Source: Octopus sinensis
Lineage: Eukaryota
DNA: 64,000 bases
Direction: 5' to 3'
NCBI RefSeq assembly: GCF_006345805.1
Contig: NC_043006.1
Coordinates: 74,524,001 to 74,588,000, forward strand
The position numbers and the translations under genes are program-made. Positions 25,753 through 39,917 of this stretch are shown here, one piece after another (within the stretch, counting starts at the first letter, position 1; every line of letters begins with the position of its first letter). The notes under the pieces were generated by a model. It saw only the letters and a list, made by a program, of their open reading frames with translations. It was not told where the DNA came from and searched no databases.

Positions 25753-27427
25753 AGTTTATAATCATACTGTAGAGATCCTCGGTCACAAATTCATAATGGA
25801 CTTAGCATCTAATTATCAGATGTTTTGTGTGGTCTGTGTTTGTTTATTTTGATGAAAGGTCATCGTTTGTCCTTGTCTTTTATCAATTTAATCAATTCCA
25901 GTTACGCTCATTTGTTGGGGTAACAGTAGTTGCAACGCAATACTGTAATTCAATGTACAAAATTTTGGAATTCAATTTTCGTTAGAAGTTTTGTAACCCA
26001 TCATCGATCGATCATTGATAACATCACGTTGATAAATTGATGATATCTCATGTCAGTGACTGAAATAATGCAAGCAGTCTATGTCGAAGTCTTTGCATCG
26101 TCACTCCAATTCTGTTTGTTCGTAAGTGGCTACTGCGGTCAATCACGATCGTTTTCTCGTGGTTCATATTTTCAGCAATTTTGTCGGGGTAAAATCTAAT
26201 GGACTGTTGATACCGTTATTTACTCTGAATTTTTGATTGTTTGTTTTGTGGTGTAGAACAGCATATTACTTCTCAATGGACATGCTTACCTGCATAGATA
26301 CTTTACGCTAAAATAAATTATTAGGATATCTAGAATCTTCTTCATATAGTCGAGTAAGGGGGTTTTCCAAGCATTTTTGTAGAATAGCTACACGTTTACT
26401 TCAGTTGAAAACTTTACAGGTCGTGCGTTAGATAACCCCTGGTTCCTGCCTTGCTATGGCTTATATCGTAGCAATACAAACGTCCGATAACAGTTTAATT
26501 TTAATTTTAGGTTCTTATTTAAATAGGTGATTCTTTGCATTTGTCCAATGACGACAACCATTGCATTAATCTCAAACATTTAGATGATAATATTCATTAT
26601 ACAAACTGATAAATAGTTTCCTATGCCAATGTTATAGATTCTGGCATCATTCAAAATGGCGTCCAATACATATGCGTGTATGCATGTATTTATATTTCTA
26701 TGTTTGTATGTATGTGTGTTTGTATGCTTGCAACTATACATATATGTGTGCCTGATACATACTTGCATGTCATTGTATGTCTGTGATCTATAATTTTAAC
26801 ACAACGATATAAATATACACACATATGTTTCCAAATTTATTCTTATGCTTATGTACATCGCAGAGACTAAACTTCTGGAAAGTTTTACAATTTTTACAGT
26901 TCTTTTAATGGTTTTCAATTTTAATTTTCTCATTGGCTGCGTTGTTTCTGATATTATGAAGGCGAGGTCATTACGATTGGTGTACAGACTTAGTTACGTA
27001 ATCAGAGATACGTACATATCTTAAATTACCTTTCGCTTGTCACATCTGCCATAGATATTTTCTTTTCTATTTAGCATTGAATAATGTCTCGACGTCAGCT
27101 GCACAGCAGTGTATTAGCATTCGTCTAGTGTTCACACTTCCTTTGTACCTTCCGGATGATCATGACTTGTTGTAATGCCTATGTTACTATGCATTTACTC
27201 ATGTCTATGTGTATGGTGTGTTTACCTAAATGTATGGAGGTAGAATTTATTATTGATGAAATGTGAAGAAACAGAAAAATAGAATAAAAATCCCGGTTCT
27301 TTCTACAGCCATATTCATAATTTATATTTGCTCACCATTCGCCAAAGATTTCAACATCTCATGCCATTTTTATATATTTTTATGTTTAACCATCGCTGAA
27401 GTTGTTCTATAATTATGTTATATGTAA

Positions 27428-27461
<34 letters not shown>

Positions 27462-27856
27462 ATGTGTGTATGTATGTGTGTGCGTGTGTGTGTGTGTGCG
27501 TGTATGTGTTTATATATTTAAGTACAGACATATGTATTTATGTATATACAGGCGCATGTGTATCCATATATATAATAATGTATATGATACACACATATGA
27601 TTATATGTACAAACACACACGTGTATATAAGTATGTATCTATGTAATAAATAATTTTAACAGTGGACCTCGAAGTAGATAACATTATAAAAAATAGATAC
27701 TATTTAAAAACTCTCTGCAATAGCAAAATGTTGATGGCTGCGCGAGCTAATATTTATAACTATACATAAGTTGATTATACTACTCAAAATGATTTTTCAT
27801 ATTCCTAGCCATTTCTACAAAAAATTATAACGATAGAAATTCCTTGACAGACAGAT

Positions 27857-27896
<40 letters not shown>

Positions 27897-27940
27897 TATA
27901 TATATATAATATAGAGATATATGAGATATTAGAGATATAG

Positions 27941-28006
<66 letters not shown>

Positions 28007-28028
28007 GACAGACAGACAGACAGATATA

Positions 28029-29311
28029 CGAGGGTGGAGTGAAAAATTCATAGGCTGACCAAAATATTCTCATGCAATGTGACCCAAATGAGGTTTATTT
28101 TTCAGTATAGTGTCCCTTGCGGTCCATACACTTGTTCCATCGGTATTCCACTGCTTGTACCCCGCTGGTGACGAAGCTTTCATTCTGTTGGACAAAACAG
28201 CCATCAACGATAGATATAACGTCATCATCTCTACGATACCGCTTCCCAGCCAAGTGGATTTCGTCAAAAATGACTGTCAGATGGAAAACATCAGGATGAC
28301 ATGAAAGATGGTCATCCAGTTCAAAGTCACAGCCATGCATAGGAGCCATTGTAACCAAGGACTTGTGTGCCAGAGCATTGTCCTGATAAAACAAGACTCA
28401 TTCTGTAGGTTTTCCTGAGCGTTTACTGTAGATAGCTTTTCGTAACTGCCTCAGCAAGTTGGCATAAGACTCTCCATTAATGATGTGGCCCTTTTGAAGA
28501 TTGTCAGCAAATGCAATGACTTTTACATCCTAAAAATCTGAGGCTATCACCTTCCTGCAGATGAAATAACCTTGGCTTTCTTTGGAGCAGATGAGGTGCA
28601 ATGCTTCCACTGCATGGATTGTAGCGTTGTATCTGGCTCAAAGTGATGAAGCCAACACTCAACCTCGGTTAGGAAACGTTCAAGGAAACCAGCTGGATCC
28701 GACTCCAAACAGTGTCAGATTATCCCGTGATGTAATCAACCCGATGCACTTCTGAGTAGGTGTCAAAAGATGTGGCTCTCACCGAGCGGGAAACCTTTGT
28801 CAGGCCAATTTCATCGTGCAGAATATTCTCAACTCCCTTAGGGGAAATGCTAACAGCATTGGCCATTCAAATTTATAGTCAATCGCATATCATCCATCAA
28901 CATGAGGTGAAAATGCTGAATAATTTCCTCGGTGGTGGCAGTTGTAGGATGTCTAGATCCTGGGTCATTTTCAAGACTCTCCCTTCCCCTCTTAAATTCA
29001 GTAGCCCACTTTTGCACTGTTGATAAAACTGGAGTGTCATCTCTTGATGTGGTAAGCACGTCATCATGAATGTCCTTGAGGGGTAACCCTTTTCTGCAGT
29101 TACTTAATAACACCATAATACCAAATTCTGTCCATTTTCAAGACAAGTAGCTACTAGTTACTTCTGAAGTGTTCTTTGAACGGTCAGATGTCAGTTATCT
29201 AAAAAGACACATTACAGTTATTAATAAGTGTTGCAATTAATGCGTGAAAAATTTCGCAGCTTTAGCATCATTCCTTCAAAGTCGGCCTTTGAATTTTTCA
29301 ACCCACCCTTG
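28029..29311 (-). mobile_element. Full-length but degenerate mariner (irritans-like), about 1.28 kb
   Basis: TIRs cgagggtggagtgaaaaattcataggctgac and gtcggcctttgaatttttcaacccacccttg, TA on both sides. Transposase remnants on - from ATG at 29135: STVQKWATEFKRGRESLENDPGSRHP, FYQDNALAHKS, YRWNKCMDRKGHYTEK. Many stops and frameshifts. Confidence 0.92.
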
Positions 29312-29670
29312 TATTGCAATGTGGAAGATGTGTGTGATATGTGTATTGTGTGTGTATGTATGTGTGTGTGTGCGTGTGTGTGTCAGCGCTCGCGCATGTG
29401 TAAAATATAAACTTAAGCTTGTGTTGTAAAATATACGTATGTATATGTCCTTGTGTGCGAATTTGAGCGTGTGTATGTGTTTATCGACGTGTATGTATTA
29501 TTATGCTTGCAAACACCTACGCACAAGCTCACAAACAAGTGTTTATGTTTGTCGTAGCCTGTAATTATAAATGTGAGCGCGTGTTTGTGTCATGACGCGG
29601 GTATGTATTTATTTGTGCTTATATGTATATAGATATACATATACGCACAATATACATATGTATATGTATG

Positions 29671-29732
<62 letters not shown>

Positions 29733-29749
29733 GTACATATATATCGAGG

Positions 29750-30700
29750 GGTGTGGGAGTTATTGGTGTCAAGGAGACCAAAAAGGTGTCAGGTAACGTT
29801 AAGTAAGTGCTATGGATAGGCCATGGTTAAGCTCCAAGTTCGATAATGATGCGAATGAGTAGTTCAACTTGGGTCATGTATTAGCATGCATATATATAAA
29901 TTGACAGAATGAGATTAAAAAAACATCCAAGGCCGTAAATAGCTTTCAGAACATTTATAAAAAAGACCTTACAGCTGTTTCCGGGATATTTATATATCCC
30001 TTCCTTAGAGACGGTGCGAGAAAATGTTCGAGTATTAATTTTGGCAGAGAAGATATGAAGAAAAGAGGGAAGTAAGAGAATAAATATAGAAATGAGGTAC
30101 ATAAGCATATTTTATTTGCAGTTCCGTTGTTCAAAGAGAATGGTGTATATAAGGGGTGAAGAAGTGTCCTGTACCTGCGTGAGAGTTCCAGTGGTAGTTA
30201 TATTTGGTCATTCCAGGCATAGAGCCTTGTAAACAATGATGTTCGATCGAGGGGATATATTGGTGTGAATTAAAATTTGGGAATGTCTTTGTAATATTAA
30301 TGGTTAGATGGATGGAGGAGAGATGTGTATGATTAGAGACAGGAGATAGGTCAAATCAAAAAGGGGAAGAGAATGGGAAGAAAAAGTAAAAAGGGAGGGA
30401 GACAAAAAAGAAATGAAGAAAGAGGGAACGAAATGAAATGAGAGAGGATGTGTTAGCTAGCGATTCGGGATAAAGTGATAGGAAGAAGGAAGAAGTGAGG
30501 AAGAAAGAGAGGAAGAGATGAGAGGGTAAGGAGTAAAAGAGTGTGAGGTATATGAGCAGGGTGGTGTGATAGAGGTGCTTTAAGGGATGGGTATAGAAAA
30601 GGTAGAGTGAAGGTAAGAGTAGGGTGATGTGTAAGTGGGTATTAGTTTTGGTAGTAAAAATTCACGTGGAATGATGAATATAAAGAATGAAGATTATAAG
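29750..30700 (-). mobile_element. Highly degenerate Penelope-like element with a GIY-YIG remnant
   Basis: KEGIYKYPGNSCKVFFIN near 29950-30005 (-) resembles the Penelope GIYxIPCxxCxxxYIG motif. It lies between microsatellites. Confidence 0.45.
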
Positions 30701-30969
30701 TCGAGTTGGTATAAATAGACATGTGTGATAGGTTAGTGATGAGTAAGAAAGAAAAAAAGAATGTATATCTGTGAATATGTATACACACATTCGTACCCAC
30801 ACATATGTATAGACATATAAATATTTCAACACATACATACGCGTACAAGATCATATATGTTCACACGCATTCACACATATACACTCTCATTCGTATCTAT
30901 TTTTGAATATATAAATGTTTGCATATATAAATGGATGCATGCAAACACCCACACGTATATATAGATATA

Positions 30970-31368
30970 TCTTTATTGAACACAAGGGGCTAAACATAAA
31001 GGGGACAAACATGAACAGACAAACGGTTTAAGTCGATTACATCGACCCCAGTGCGTAACTGTTACTTTATTTATCGACCCCAAAAGGATGAAAGGCAAAG
31101 TCGACCTCGGCGGAATTTGAACTCAGAACGTAATGTCAAACGAAAATACCTATTTCTTTACTACCCACAAGGGACTAAACAAAGACAGACAAACGGATTA
31201 AGTCGATTATACCGACTCCAGTGCGTAACTGGTACTTATTTAATCGACCCCGAAAGGATGAAAGGCAAAGTCGACCTCGGTGGAATTTGAACTCGGAACG
31301 TAACGGCAGTCGAAATACCACTAAGCATTTCGCCCGGCTTGCTAACGTTTCTGCCAGCTCGCCGCCTT
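30970..31368 (-). mobile_element. SINE family A dimer
   Basis: Head gccagctcgccgcctt at 31353-31368 and two body+tail X units. Confidence 0.88.
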
Positions 31369-31388
31369 ATATATATATATATACACAC

Positions 31389-31422
<34 letters not shown>

Positions 31423-32045
31423 TACATACAAACACACACACATATATGCGTATGTGTATGCGTATACATGATACTATTTATTGTTCCCATTATACATACT
31501 TATCCATTGCAATATAGTGACATGCGATTTATAAGAGATATGTCGCTTTTACTGATGATATATCACACAAACTCAGTGTCATCAACCTTGTTTACACAAT
31601 ACGCATCGCTGTCAACGATAATAGAAACAATTTGCATATGAATGAAGTATTACTGTTATTAATGTGATAATGTTGCCATGCTATTGTAAAACTCTTAGGG
31701 TCAACAGCGACCGGGTCGATTGTTCACATCACGTCCTTAGCACTTATTTTATTCTACATTCGCTATCTTCTCTATGGTTCAGAGGTGCTGTGTTTAAAAA
31801 CATGAACTAAATCTCCTTGAAATCAGGCAGCCTTAGAGGAATGATGGACGCAATGAGTAAAGCGTGCTTGTTTACGAAATGCGAACATATTTAATGATCA
31901 CGACTAGAAGACTGTTGATCAGACATTGATCTTGTAAATCAGGTTGATCTGGAGCTAACTGAGATTAACAACAAGAACTTGATTAGAAGTAAACGTAAAT
32001 GAAAAAGTGGGCGTAAGTATGTGTGTGTGGTTCAGATGGTCCTTT

Positions 32046-32383
32046 GGCGATCTGGCAGAAACGTTAGCACGCCGGGCGAAATGCTTACCGGAATATTTCG
32101 TCTGCCGCTACGTTCTGAGTTCAAATTCTGCCAAGGTCGACTTTGCCTTTCATCCTTTCAGAGTCGATAAATTAAGTAACAGTTACGCGCTGGGGTCGAT
32201 ATAATCGACTTAATCCGTTTGTCTGTCCTTGTTTGTCCCCTCTGTGTTTAGCCCCTTGTGGGTAGTAAAGAAATGGGTACACTTGTCTGTGGAGTGCTCA
32301 GTCACTTCCACGTTAATTTCACGAGCCGGCTGTTCGGTTGATTGGATCAACTGGAACCCTTGTCGTCGTAAGCGACGGAATGC

Positions 32384-32384
<1 letters not shown>
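32046..32384 (+). mobile_element. Chimeric SINE: family A monomer fused to the family C 3' tail
   Basis: Family A runs to ...agtaaagaaat (32274), then gggtacacttgtctgtggagtgctcag...cgacggaatgcc, the tail of 59016-59400. Confidence 0.85.
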
Positions 32385-32426
<42 letters not shown>

Positions 32427-32911
32427 GTATATGCATGTATGTATGTATGTATGTTTGCACACATATAACAGCCTGTCTTTCTGTTTATTTCTACGTCACT
32501 TAACGACCGGTTTTGCAAAAGAAGTCGATAGAATAAGTACACCTCTTAAAAATTTCCTGGTGGCGTTAGAATATACATCTCCAGTGAACAGTGATGAATC
32601 AAAATCTCGTCATATTCTTCATTATCATTTAACACGATATGAACTAAAAACGCTCGATGTTGCATGTTCCATTTTAAAGGAAACTGCAATAATTTCATAG
32701 ACTGAGATAGTGTGAGAAAGGGATTTTCATGGAGGAATGCTTTAGTAGAAGAAAGGATATGCTTTAGTAAAGAATATTTTTGAGTGAGTTATCACTTTGG
32801 ATAATAAATGAATATATTTACGAGTTGTGAATTAGCCTTTGCGGCAGAATTTACTCCTGTTAGTAGATATTGGCTCCAACATAAATTTAAGTTTTTCACC
32901 TAACTACTTTT

Positions 32912-33092
32912 AAGGAGGGGGCCAGTCGATTACATCGACCCCAGTATACAACGCGTACTTAATTTTATCGACCCCGAAAGGATGAAAGGCGAAGTCGACC
33001 TCGGCGGAATTTGAACTCAGAATGTAACGGCAGACGAAATACCGCAAATCATTTCGCCCGGCGTGCTAACGTTTCTGTCAGCTCGCTGCCTT
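32912..33092 (-). mobile_element. SINE family A, tail Y, truncated
   Basis: ggagggggccagtcgattacatcgacccc...gctaacgtttctgtcagctcgctgcctt. Confidence 0.85.
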
Positions 33093-33246
33093 GCTATGTT
33101 TATTGTTATAATTGCTATAATTATTGTTACACTTCCTGAAAGGTGATTCTGCAAATTTGCTTCAGTACTTCGGAAAAGGTAACAAAAAATTCTCAGTTTA
33201 CCATTTTTCTTGATTTTTTAATGCCCGTTTATAGTTTTTCATCCAA

Positions 33247-33305
<59 letters not shown>

Positions 33306-34748
33306 CACACAATTTTATGCCCTCATAATTTTCTTCGATACTAATTCTATCCCTTCCCCTACCAAGAATGATGCCATAATTCTGAAACGTGTCGAAGACC
33401 GTTCTTTCAAACATACTGCCATTCAATGAGCTTTGTCGTTTTCCAAATACTTATCCGGTTCACTTTGTATGCCAAAAATATATTGCTCCATAGTTTAATG
33501 TTCCTCATTTTGTTTTTATCTGTTGTAGAAATGAAAAAGTTGTTGATACTATTATCTGGCGAAAGCTTAACCGATCACTGTTTGCTTCACTATCGTGAGC
33601 TCTTTTTCAATTTTTTTTATAGTTCACAAGTGTAATAAATACGTAGAGTAACTAATGTTAGGCGTAAGCAAGTGGATTGTTTTATAGACCACAGGGAAAT
33701 ACGAGGAATTTCATGTGCTAAAGCCACGTTAGGACATGAATGAAATGGTATTGACCGCAAATTTTAGTGTTGGATTAGACGCATGAAAAAAAAACATACT
33801 TCTCCGATGTAGCGCAGCTCATCTCAGAAAGATAGATTTATGACTAAGCATAAAAACCAACATTTGAAAAGAAGTATGCATGATGAAGTCAACTGGCTTT
33901 TTTTTTTATTATTCTATTAACTGAAAATATTTTATCATATATATAGCAATGAAAAATATTCTTTTTCAGGATTTCTTGATTTCCATACATACGACGATAA
34001 AATTAAATGGCTTCAGACACCCAAACCAGATGTTTGTTGTATCTCAAATACATTTATACTTGTCACAATGATACAAAATAATTATTTCTGTTTTCTATAA
34101 CTCTAAGCAGATAAGAAACAATAAAGTCGTTGGATTCAATTTAGTTACTGTAGATAGTTTAACTTTGAGAAACCTGAACGTTGCAAAACAACGAATTTCT
34201 GATTAATTTGCGGCGTTGCCATGCCCCATAGTAATGGATTATTCAGTTAGTGGTGCTCTCTTAGAGTAATTCTTCTGAAATTTATGTTTATTAATCATGA
34301 ACGCAACATGATGATAGCTGTTTACAGAAGGCGAGACACCAATGTTTTGGTCGGCGATCTTTCAAAACAATGAAAATACTGTTATTCATATATCAAGTCA
34401 TTTTTAATTTAGGCAGCAGCTGAATTTGTATAGTGTTTAATTTTGCTGGTTTTCGTGTAGATTGCATCTCTAAATAATTAACTTCAGCCATTTTCTAAAT
34501 TATATTTACTAATATTTTGTACTAACTCGTGTAAAGTTTTTGCACAATAAATTGGTAATTAATACATGATTCTTTCCGCAATTACGACGATGGCTATAGT
34601 TCGTTGAAGAGATTAAATAGTTCTAACATATAGTCTCGTATTTGTAGAGGTAATTAAATTAATATTAGTATTTTAGCAGATACCGTATTTTCCTGACCGC
34701 GTTAGAATTTGTAATCAGATTTTTGAATCACATTACATTAAATATGTT

Positions 34749-34978
34749 TCTTTATTACCCACAAGGGGCTAAACATAGAGGGGACAAACAAGGACAGACA
34801 AACGGATTAAATCGATTACATCGACCCCACTGCGTAACTGGTACTTAATTTTATCGACCCCGAAAGGATGAAAGGCAAAGTCGACCTTGGCGGAATTTGA
34901 ACTCAGAATGTAACGGCAGAAGAAATACGGCTACGCATTTCACCCGGTGTGCTAACGGTTCTGCCAGCTCGCCGCCTT
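34749..34978 (-). mobile_element. SINE family A monomer with an 11-bp TSD
   Basis: Flanked by ttaaatatgtt at 34738-34748 and 34979-34989. Confidence 0.9.
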
Positions 34979-35171
34979 TTAAATATGTTAAATACATTAA
35001 ATATGTTAGCCTTTATTTTTCACGTGCATGTCGCTTCTGAGTTATTAATCTCAGTGAGATATTTGTTAATAGAATATGGAATGTAATAATGTTTAGAGGT
35101 ATGAAAGCCCCTTTCCTCTAAGATTCCACGTTCGAGTTGAAAACACAGGCACCATTGCGTTTATTTGTTGT

Positions 35172-35271
35172 NNNNNNNNNNNNNNNNNNNNNNNNNNNNN
35201 NNNNNNNNNNNNNNNNNNNNNNNNNNNNNNNNNNNNNNNNNNNNNNNNNNNNNNNNNNNNNNNNNNNNNNN
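35172..35271. other. Assembly gap (100 N)
   Basis: Run of N; true size unknown. Confidence 0.99.
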
Positions 35272-35504
35272 GTGTGTGTGTGTGTGTGTGTGCACTGTGT
35301 GTGTGCACGTGTGTGTGTGCACGTGTTGTGTGTCATATTATATATTATATATATATATAGTATAATGTGTGTGTGTGTGTGTGTTGTGTGTGTGTGTGTG
35401 TGTGGTTGTGTGGTGTGTATAAATATACATATAGAATGTATGATAAGATATAAGGCCAATAAGACCAGGTAGAAAATGCTAAAATAATTTTATCATGAAC
35501 ATTT

Positions 35505-35541
35505 TAGTACCGGTTTCAGTCTTTGCGACTTTTTCAACTTA
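35505..35541 (-). ncRNA. Minimal hammerhead-like motif, U3-A8 variant
   Basis: The minus strand reads ag-TTGAAAA-AGTC(gcaaa)GACT-GAAA-CCG-GTA-ct, with a palindromic accggt stem III region and a short stem I. Confidence 0.5.
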
Positions 35542-36094
35542 GAGTAAAGCATGAAAAACAATTAAATTGAAATAATGCCTCTTAGTTCTGTTACCTTTAC
35601 CTTAGAGTTGGCGTGTGAATATTTTAATATTAGAATTGCAGTTATGAGGTTTATTTGTGTCTGTATGTTTGCCAATGTAGGTTTAAATACAGAGCATTGG
35701 GTTTCATTTGAAGGCCTCTTATGTCAGTTGGCTCATCGCTAAGTGCTGACTTATTTGGGATAAAGAGTGGTGGTTGGCATACGGCTCGCTAGTATAGAGG
35801 ATGGATACAATATGGCTGCCAATTAAAAAGTAGAAAGCGTCGAGGGAGACAGTTTTATCCAGAGAAATCCAACAATGCTATTAAATTGGAGAAGACTTTC
35901 GGATTCAAGAAAAATAGAATAGAAAAGAGAAACTTATTTTTTATCTTTTCCTTGTTTGTCATTCTCTTGCAGCCATGTTGGGACATCTCTTTCAATGGTT
36001 CTTTTAATGGAACAAATTATCCCCAGTTTTTTTTAAAATCCTTGTCAGCACCATTTTTTAGAGAACATTAGCGAGGTTATTATTATTATTATTG

Positions 36095-36625
36095 AGTGAA
36101 AAGCAGCGTATGCCATCAAAGTGACACTGGAGTACAAATATACGAAGCCCAATATACCCATCATGACTACCCATCTGATAAGAGTATACCAGGCACATGC
36201 ATCACAACCATAAGTACATGGCATGGTGATCTCATATCACGATAAAAATGCATGACCTCGCAGGTGGGGCGCACTTTTATTTTTCTTCAGTTCGAGTAGC
36301 CCATCCCACTCAAAAAGGTCCCTGAATAAGGATTGTTGAAGGATGTTGAACGAAACACCCATGTTTCCAGAGGGGAATTATTCAAACCCCAAAGAATTCC
36401 TCTCAATACATGGCTCTGATGCTCCCCCACTACTTCAGTTCATGATGCACACATCGTCAGCCACTAATAGATTTGCTCAATTGGTTAAGGTCAAGCAAAT
36501 CTGTGGTATTGAGCAGAATATTTGCTTAGCCCATCTTTTATACAAAGACAAAACAATGTACATGATAACACTTCCAATCATTTAAGATCAGAAGTCATGA
36601 GAGTCACTGTCTGGTTCACATCAAG
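36095..36625 (-). mobile_element. Interspersed repeat abutting (ATT)n; a second fragment at 37791-37868 (+) follows (AAT)n; possibly a non-autonomous TAA-targeting (Dong/R4-like) element
   Basis: gacaaaacaatgtacatgataacacttccaatca.ttaagatcagaag.catgagag.cact (36548-36608) is the reverse complement of 37794-37858. Both copies adjoin TAA repeats. Confidence 0.5.
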
Positions 36626-36644
36626 GAATCAGGCCATGTATTAA

Positions 36645-36832
36645 TGGCGAGCTTGTAGAATCGTTAGCACGCTGGATGAAATGCTTGGTGGTTTTTCGCC
36701 TGCGGCTAGATTCTGAGTTCAAATTCTACCGATGTCGACTTTTCTGGGTCAATAAATTAAGTACCAGTGAAACATTGAGGACAATGTATTCGACTCATCC
36801 TGTCCCACTAAATGGCTGCCCTTCTGGCAAAT
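36645..36832 (+). mobile_element. Degenerate SINE family A
   Basis: ggcgagcttgtagaatcgttagcacgctgg...gagttcaaattc...taaattaagtaccagt. Confidence 0.75.
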
Positions 36833-36837
36833 ATTAC

Positions 36838-36857
36838 AACTACTACTACTACTACTG

Positions 36858-36893
<36 letters not shown>

Positions 36894-37215
36894 GTACAAC
36901 TATTGTTATTACTATTATCATCATCATCATCATTATCATCATATTCCTCCTTCTCCAACTCATGATCATCATCATGAACATCATCATATTCCTCCTCCTC
37001 CACCTCATCATTATCATCACCATATTCCTCCTCCTCCACCTCATCATCATCATCGTTATCATCATCATCATATTCCTCCTCTACCTCATCATCATCATCA
37101 CCACCATATTCCTCCTCCTCCACCTCATCATCACCACATTCCTGCTCCTCCACCTCATCATCATTATCATCATCATCATCATCATCATCATCGTCGTCGT
37201 CGTCTCCATCACTAT
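36838..37215. repeat. Compound trinucleotide repeat (CTA/CAT/CCT) with about 36-45-bp higher-order units; a related tract at 37584-37790
   Basis: Recurrent catattcctcctcctccacctcatcatc.. units. Confidence 0.9.
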
Positions 37216-37747
37216 CCAGTGAGAAATACCGAGTCATTAGATTGAGTATAATTCTGTAATATAAATATTATGAAAGTTTTAATGCATAATGAACACTTCC
37301 ATCAGGGTCAGGTAAACTAATATAAAGAGCAGATAATTTGATAAAGAAAATGAATTCATAACTAAAAATTAATCTATTTTCATTTATTCATCGACTTATC
37401 TATCACTCATAATGTATTTATATAGCTTCATTCATTTCCTCATTTCTCTTCTTTTAACTTATTTCTGTCCATCCCTCGCTTAAATGTTTATCATCCGTTA
37501 TTTATGCATTAAACCTATTCTTTTTAATGTGTTCTATATTAAATTTGAATTATGCAGTCGTTTCTCAATTTAATGGTTGGCTGGATGATGATGATGATGG
37601 TGGTGGTGGTGGTGGTAGTGGTGGTGGTGGTGGTGGTGGTGGTGGTAATGATGATGATGACGATGATCGTATGATGATGATGATCATGACAATAATGACG
37701 ACGGCGATGATGATGGCAGCAACAATTATACTACTACTACTACTTAC

Positions 37748-37788
<41 letters not shown>

Positions 37789-37869
37789 TAGGTAGTGGCT
37801 CTCATGGCTCCTGATCTTAACTGATTGGAAGCCTTATCATGTACATTGTTTTTGTCTTGGCATAAAAGT

Positions 37870-38075
37870 GGATTTGGTAGTTGGAGTCAGAGTGAAGCCT
37901 GTTGTACATATATATGTGTACGTGTGTGTGTGTGTGTGTCTGCCTGTCTCCCCCGCTACAGTCGCCTGACACCTGACCTTGGTGTGTTTACGTCCACCTA
38001 ACTTAGCGGTTCGGTTTAAGTGCCCGATAGAATAAGTACTATGCTTACAAAGAATAAGTCTTGGGGTCGATTTTC
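37870..38075 (+). mobile_element. SINE family B, 3' part
   Basis: gtggatttggtag...ggtgtgtttacgtcc..taacttagcggttcgg...agaataagtcttggggtcgatt. Confidence 0.75.
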
Positions 38076-38849
38076 TGCTGTTGATGAAATTTTAACCATA
38101 GATATTACACACAAATGAAGTAATATTTATAAAATTTCATCTTACAAATTAGAAAGACCCCACAGTTTTGTCATTTCATCTAAGCAAAAACGAATACAGT
38201 TGTGCTCTTGGAAGTTGTCGGGTTACCCGAGGTTAAAAGTTGGGCAGTATTTCTAATTCAATGGTACAACAGTGTAAGAGTTTGCTTTGACATACACCTA
38301 CATTGTGATTTCTGCAATGTGGTGCATAAATTGTCGAGTAAATGAGAGGCATCTTTGCCTCCACTGATTCAGTTGCAAAGTGTTGAGTAAAGTTATTTGA
38401 TTGCAGACCTCCTTTCAGTCTTTTTATTATCACTGGGTCCCACATAGTCCCCTGATGGTAACATTGATTTCAAGGCCTTCCTAGATGAGTGACTAGTTAT
38501 TCAAAGACATTTATAGATTGTAAATTTATTCTGTACAGTTACGAATCAGTATAGTGGTCATCTGCAAACTCCAGAGGTGACACTTTAATTTCTCCTTAGC
38601 CCTCACATTATACAGTTGTTAATGTTTATTTCAGTTGGGTCACGCCCTTCCAATTGCTATAGATTCGTAATGCATCTTACGGCTGTACCTGTCACCTGGA
38701 TGGTGAGTAATCCTACATTGGGAGTGGTAACGACTAGGGTTGGGTAGCTCACAGCATATTGTGATCATTCATCTTTTGGTTTCCTGTAGCCTTGCTCTCT
38801 TTTACAAACCCCACTAAACATATATTTCCTATTTTAAAGAAATTCAAAC

Positions 38850-39221
38850 AATAGATATAAGACCCAAGTTTAAAAGATTCTCAACAATTCAACATCTCTG
38901 GTTGACATTAAGATCCCCACCCCCAACAGGGGCCTTAACTCTCACATCTTAGAGCCCCATGACCTCCATTTTTTAGGAGCAAAATCTTTTTAACAGGTTC
39001 AATAAGACTGGAATTTTGGAATATGCGCATAAAAATCAGAAGTATGGGATACATGTGGCACGATTACAATTTTTTTAGTGTGTGTAAAGAGGGAAATAAC
39101 CCTCATCTGCAATTTTGATGAAATTCGAAACATAGATATTCCAGTTCATTAGAGAAAATATAGCAGAAAATTCTAATTATTCAATAGCATGTAACACGGG
39201 CAGCGCCGGGTATCTCTGCTA

Positions 39222-39222
<1 letters not shown>
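38850..39222 (+). mobile_element. Non-autonomous Helitron 3' end of the same family as 118-1885 (5' boundary uncertain)
   Basis: 39160-39222 gcagaaaattctaattattcaatagcatgtaacacgggcagcgccgggtatctctgCTAG|T matches the reverse complement of 118-180. Confidence 0.75.
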
Positions 39223-39268
<46 letters not shown>

Positions 39269-39917
39269 TGGAAGCGAGTGTAATTCGGCAGGAGGACTTA
39301 AACGACATGCAAAGGTACATGAAGCCCAGTTACAACTACAGCCGGCTATTACCAGTAAAGGTTTTAGTTGCCAATTCTCTACAAGACATTGTAGATCTTT
39401 GGCTGGGCTAAAAAGTCACATTCTATCACAGCACCAATATCAGTTAAGCTTCGTGCAATGGTCATACTCGATAACGAGGGGGCAGCGATAATATATAATT
39501 ATGATTATACCTCTTATACCGTCAGATGATTTAAAAAATGAATGAGACAGGACTAGTTTTGTAAAAGTAATTAAATATACTCACTCTATCAATTCAAGAC
39601 TTTAACCTAGATTGCCTTTTCCATGTTTTTATGCTGTTTTTTAAGCAGGACCATAAAAGACATATGTGCACGTGCGTTTACATGTGTATATATATATGTA
39701 TATACCTACAGGCCAAAAGAGGCCGGAATCACATGATCTGGTAGTCATGGCAGAAGTAGTGATCCTCTGACGCTGGCAATAGTTACGATGTGCTTTTATG
39801 CACCGTAAAACCGGATGAGAGTTTATCTCTCTTGGTACATATCGCAGCATTTGTGTGTGCTAACGCAACATCAACTTTTGAAGGGTGAATATTTTACCTT
39901 TTATATATAAATAAGTA

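Noticed and set aside
24640-26620. Possible ancient LINE on the minus strand (NSPLDFTPTKLLK-like peptide near 26175-26215)
   Set aside because: A single weak motif with no continuous frame; too decayed to call.
36749-37237. 162-aa acidic D/E-rich ORF on the minus strand
   Set aside because: It is a compound trinucleotide repeat open by construction, runs into a SINE, and has no splice or domain support.
38090-38800. Possible LINE endonuclease remnant (IYAPH) on the minus strand
   Set aside because: One short motif only.
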